DNA from: Calcarisporiella thermophila CBS 279.70
Lineage: Eukaryota; Fungi; Calcarisporiellomycota
Assembly: GCF_041956535.1 (NCBI RefSeq)
Contig: NW_027192229.1
Location: 42,848-106,847 of the forward strand
DNA length: 64,000 bases
Direction: 5' to 3'
Below are positions 61,515 through 64,000 of the stretch, one piece after another. The notes beneath the pieces were generated by a model. The model was not told the origin of the DNA. It searched no databases and saw nothing but the letters and a program-made list of their open reading frames with translations. Position numbers and translations under genes: made by a program. The stretch's first letter is position 1. Each line of letters opens with the position of its first letter.

Positions 61515-63459
61515 ATGGCCGGCTTCAAGCGCGATTCAGCCGCCAGAAAAAGCCACCGCTCCTGGTACATCTATTTCGTTGCCTCCCTTACCGCAGGTAG
61601 GCCTGAGTCACCATTCGACTCATCCCTTGGCGAAGTCTTCACCACGAAGTGCTAACTCCTTTATTCTAAGTGGGCGGATTTCTATTTGGATACGATGCTG
61701 GTATCATCAGTGGGGTCATGGTCATGGACTCTTTTAAAAACCGCTTTGGAATCACGAATGAAAACTTTAACGATACGTCCGGAAGTATCGCGGCCATTCT
61801 CCAACTCGGTGGATTTGCAGGATCTTTTGTACAGCATGCACTGGCGGATTATTTTGGAAGAAAGTTGGGCTATCTTTCGATTCCGCTCTTTATTCGATCG
61901 CGCTTGGATTAGTTAACCTGAAATGATTTCCACACTAGATGGACCATCATCGGCATGAGCGTCGTATTTTGCATAGGCGCGGTGATGCAAACCGTGGCAA
62001 GCTCGCTTCCATTGCTCTATGCCGGTCGGTGTATCGGTGGTTTCGGGCTGGCCATTGTTGCGCTGGCAGTGTCAATGTATAACGCGTAGGTTTCATTCAT
62101 TGTGACCCTTTGTGTGTATGACTGTTTATCCATGCATCACCTCAGAGAGGCTTCTCCTTCCGACATCCGCGGAGCCATCGTCGGTATTCAGGATTTCATG
62201 CTTGCCTTTGGTGCCGCTGCTTCCTATTGGACCAACTATGCTTGTGAGAGGGGATTTTCCTCCCAAGCCGATATTCAGTGGCGCCTCCCTCTGGGCATCC
62301 AGCTGGTGTTCTCCGTCATCCTGATTTTCGGCGTTATGATTCTCCCCAAATCACCGCGATGGCTTGCAATGAAAAATCGCAGAGAGGAAGCGGCCCGGTC
62401 GCTTGCAAAGCTGCGTGGGTTGCCGGTGGAGCACGAGGAGATTCAAGAGGAGCTTCGAGAAATCTATTATATTATTGAGTCAAGACCTTCCACCAGTTGG
62501 AAAACGGTGTTTGCCGGAGAAAACCTCCGGCGGCTGAGCGTGGGCCTTCCTCTGATCGTATTCCAGCAATTCACCGGCCAGAATGCCATTGCGTACTTCG
62601 CGCCCACCATGTTCAATCGCCTGGGCGTGCATGGGACCACCTCCGCTCTCCTCGCCACCGGGGTGGTGGGCCTGGTCAAATGGTGGACAAGTCTGGTGGG
62701 AGTATTTCTGGTGGATCGCGTGGGGCGGAGGCTCCTCCTCATGGCCGGAACCGCGGTTATGTGCATCTGCATGTTTTTTATCGGTGGCTACTCGGTCTTG
62801 TCTTCCGGCACGGGCTCTGAATTAAGTGCCGGGGGATATATCGCTGCCATTTGCGTCTATCTTTTCATGTTCGGATACAGCTCAAGCTGGGGCGTCCTTC
62901 ACTTTGTAATCGTAAGCTTCTATTTTTTATTTTCACAGGACACCTTTTAGTTTATCCTCTTTTGAGCCCTGACCCAATCATCATTTCTTTTGTACCGCGT
63001 GTTTATCCCATAGCCTGCCGAAATATACACGCAGAACATTCGAGCCAAAGCAGAAACTCTCAGCGGTATGGTCGAATGGCCCTTACAGGCCGCCTCAATC
63101 AAGGTAAGGAGCCACCGTCGCATTGCGTGTTTCACCATCGCATCCCACTAACGAGTCACCTCTAGCTCTCTCCGATCATGCTCGCAATTCCTCACGGTGG
63201 AGCCTATTTTATTTTTGGTGGGTTACTCTTTTTGTTCTTCCTCTGGGCATTTTTCATGCTCCCCGAGACGAAGGGGCATTCGTTGGAGAATATGAATGAT
63301 GCGTTCGTTGGAAACCCTTTCACTCGATGGCGTCGTGCAAAGCCGAGGGAGAACCCGGCTGAGAAAGTGTTGGAATTGGGGCAGGAAGAGAAAGGCAGAG
63401 ATCGGCACATGAATATGACGGAGATAGCGGGTGAACCCAAAGTGGAAAACGAGGATTAA
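61515..63459 (+). CDS. MFS sugar porter (hexose/quinate-type transporter), multi-exon
   Basis: GGFLFGYDAGIISG, ADYFGR, EASPSDIRG, QWRLPLGIQ, PKSPRWL, FQQFTGQN, VDRVGRR and LPETKGHSLE. Confidence 0.95.
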
Positions 63460-64000
63460 TTATTCGGATACTTGGTCTTTTAATATGGCCTTCTTAGGTG
63501 TTGAAATAGCTTATCTCGCTTTATCCTGTACAATGCCACTGTACTTCATTCATCCTATTTATTTTCCGCTAACACACTACGTCTATAGTCTCGAATTCTC
63601 TATGTACATGAAATTTCCTCTGCAATTTTTCTTGTAATTGTATTATTAGGATAAAATGAATACTACATTTCGAATCCGTTCATTGCCAAGGGCTTTACTC
63701 TGATCCGACTTTTGAGGGTAATATCATCATGCTCTTGGTCGTCCATTACAATTGGAACCCTTGTCTTTTATATGTTCCGGATTATTAGTAAGTAAAAAAG
63801 GTTTTTTTTTTGTGATTACAGGATCTTTATTGAAAAGTATCCTTTTAAGTAATAAAATAACTAGACAGTTCTCCGAAATAAGGAATACATGTATGTAATG
63901 GTAGAGCATGTGAATACCATCCTAGTAAGTAAGTAAAAAAGGGCTCTAGGAAAATTTACTAGAAAAAAGGATGGTATTATAGTTCCATTTATAGACAAGA

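Overview
Intron-containing eukaryotic DNA from a fungus. An early-diverging (non-Dikarya) lineage is inferred from a U12 intron and a GT47 gene. The left ~18.7 kb is an AT-rich accessory block of small-molecule enzymes and bacterial-looking genes: a VOC glyoxalase-fold protein, a Cns2/YdhJ-like HD phosphohydrolase, a 2OG-Fe(II) dioxygenase, DJ-1/Hsp31, a GT47 exostosin, an Ady2/SatP-like transporter, a ~700-aa orphan TIM-barrel protein, an orphan OpuAC betaine-binding protein and a secreted Ser/Thr-rich protein. The rest is mostly conserved housekeeping genes: RPB1, YOS1, RCY1, two tandem GNATs, KIN1, LRRC40-like, NUG1-like, MTG1, PRP19 N-terminus, TFB3, PP1/GLC7, a TPT transporter, MAP1, SOK1, a C2H2 factor and a sugar porter. 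The most striking items are (1) an intact five-intron gene for a ~1,150-aa restriction-modification-type (M.TaqI/Eco57I-like) N6-adenine DNA methyltransferase with TRD and an NLS-like motif, (2) a canonical U12 AT-AC intron in MTG1, (3) an MfnB-like aldolase barrel of unknown function, (4) a WD40-less mini-Prp19, and (5) a degenerate Nug1-type GTPase. Gene models were spliced by eye and family calls come from recalled motifs; no database searches were run.
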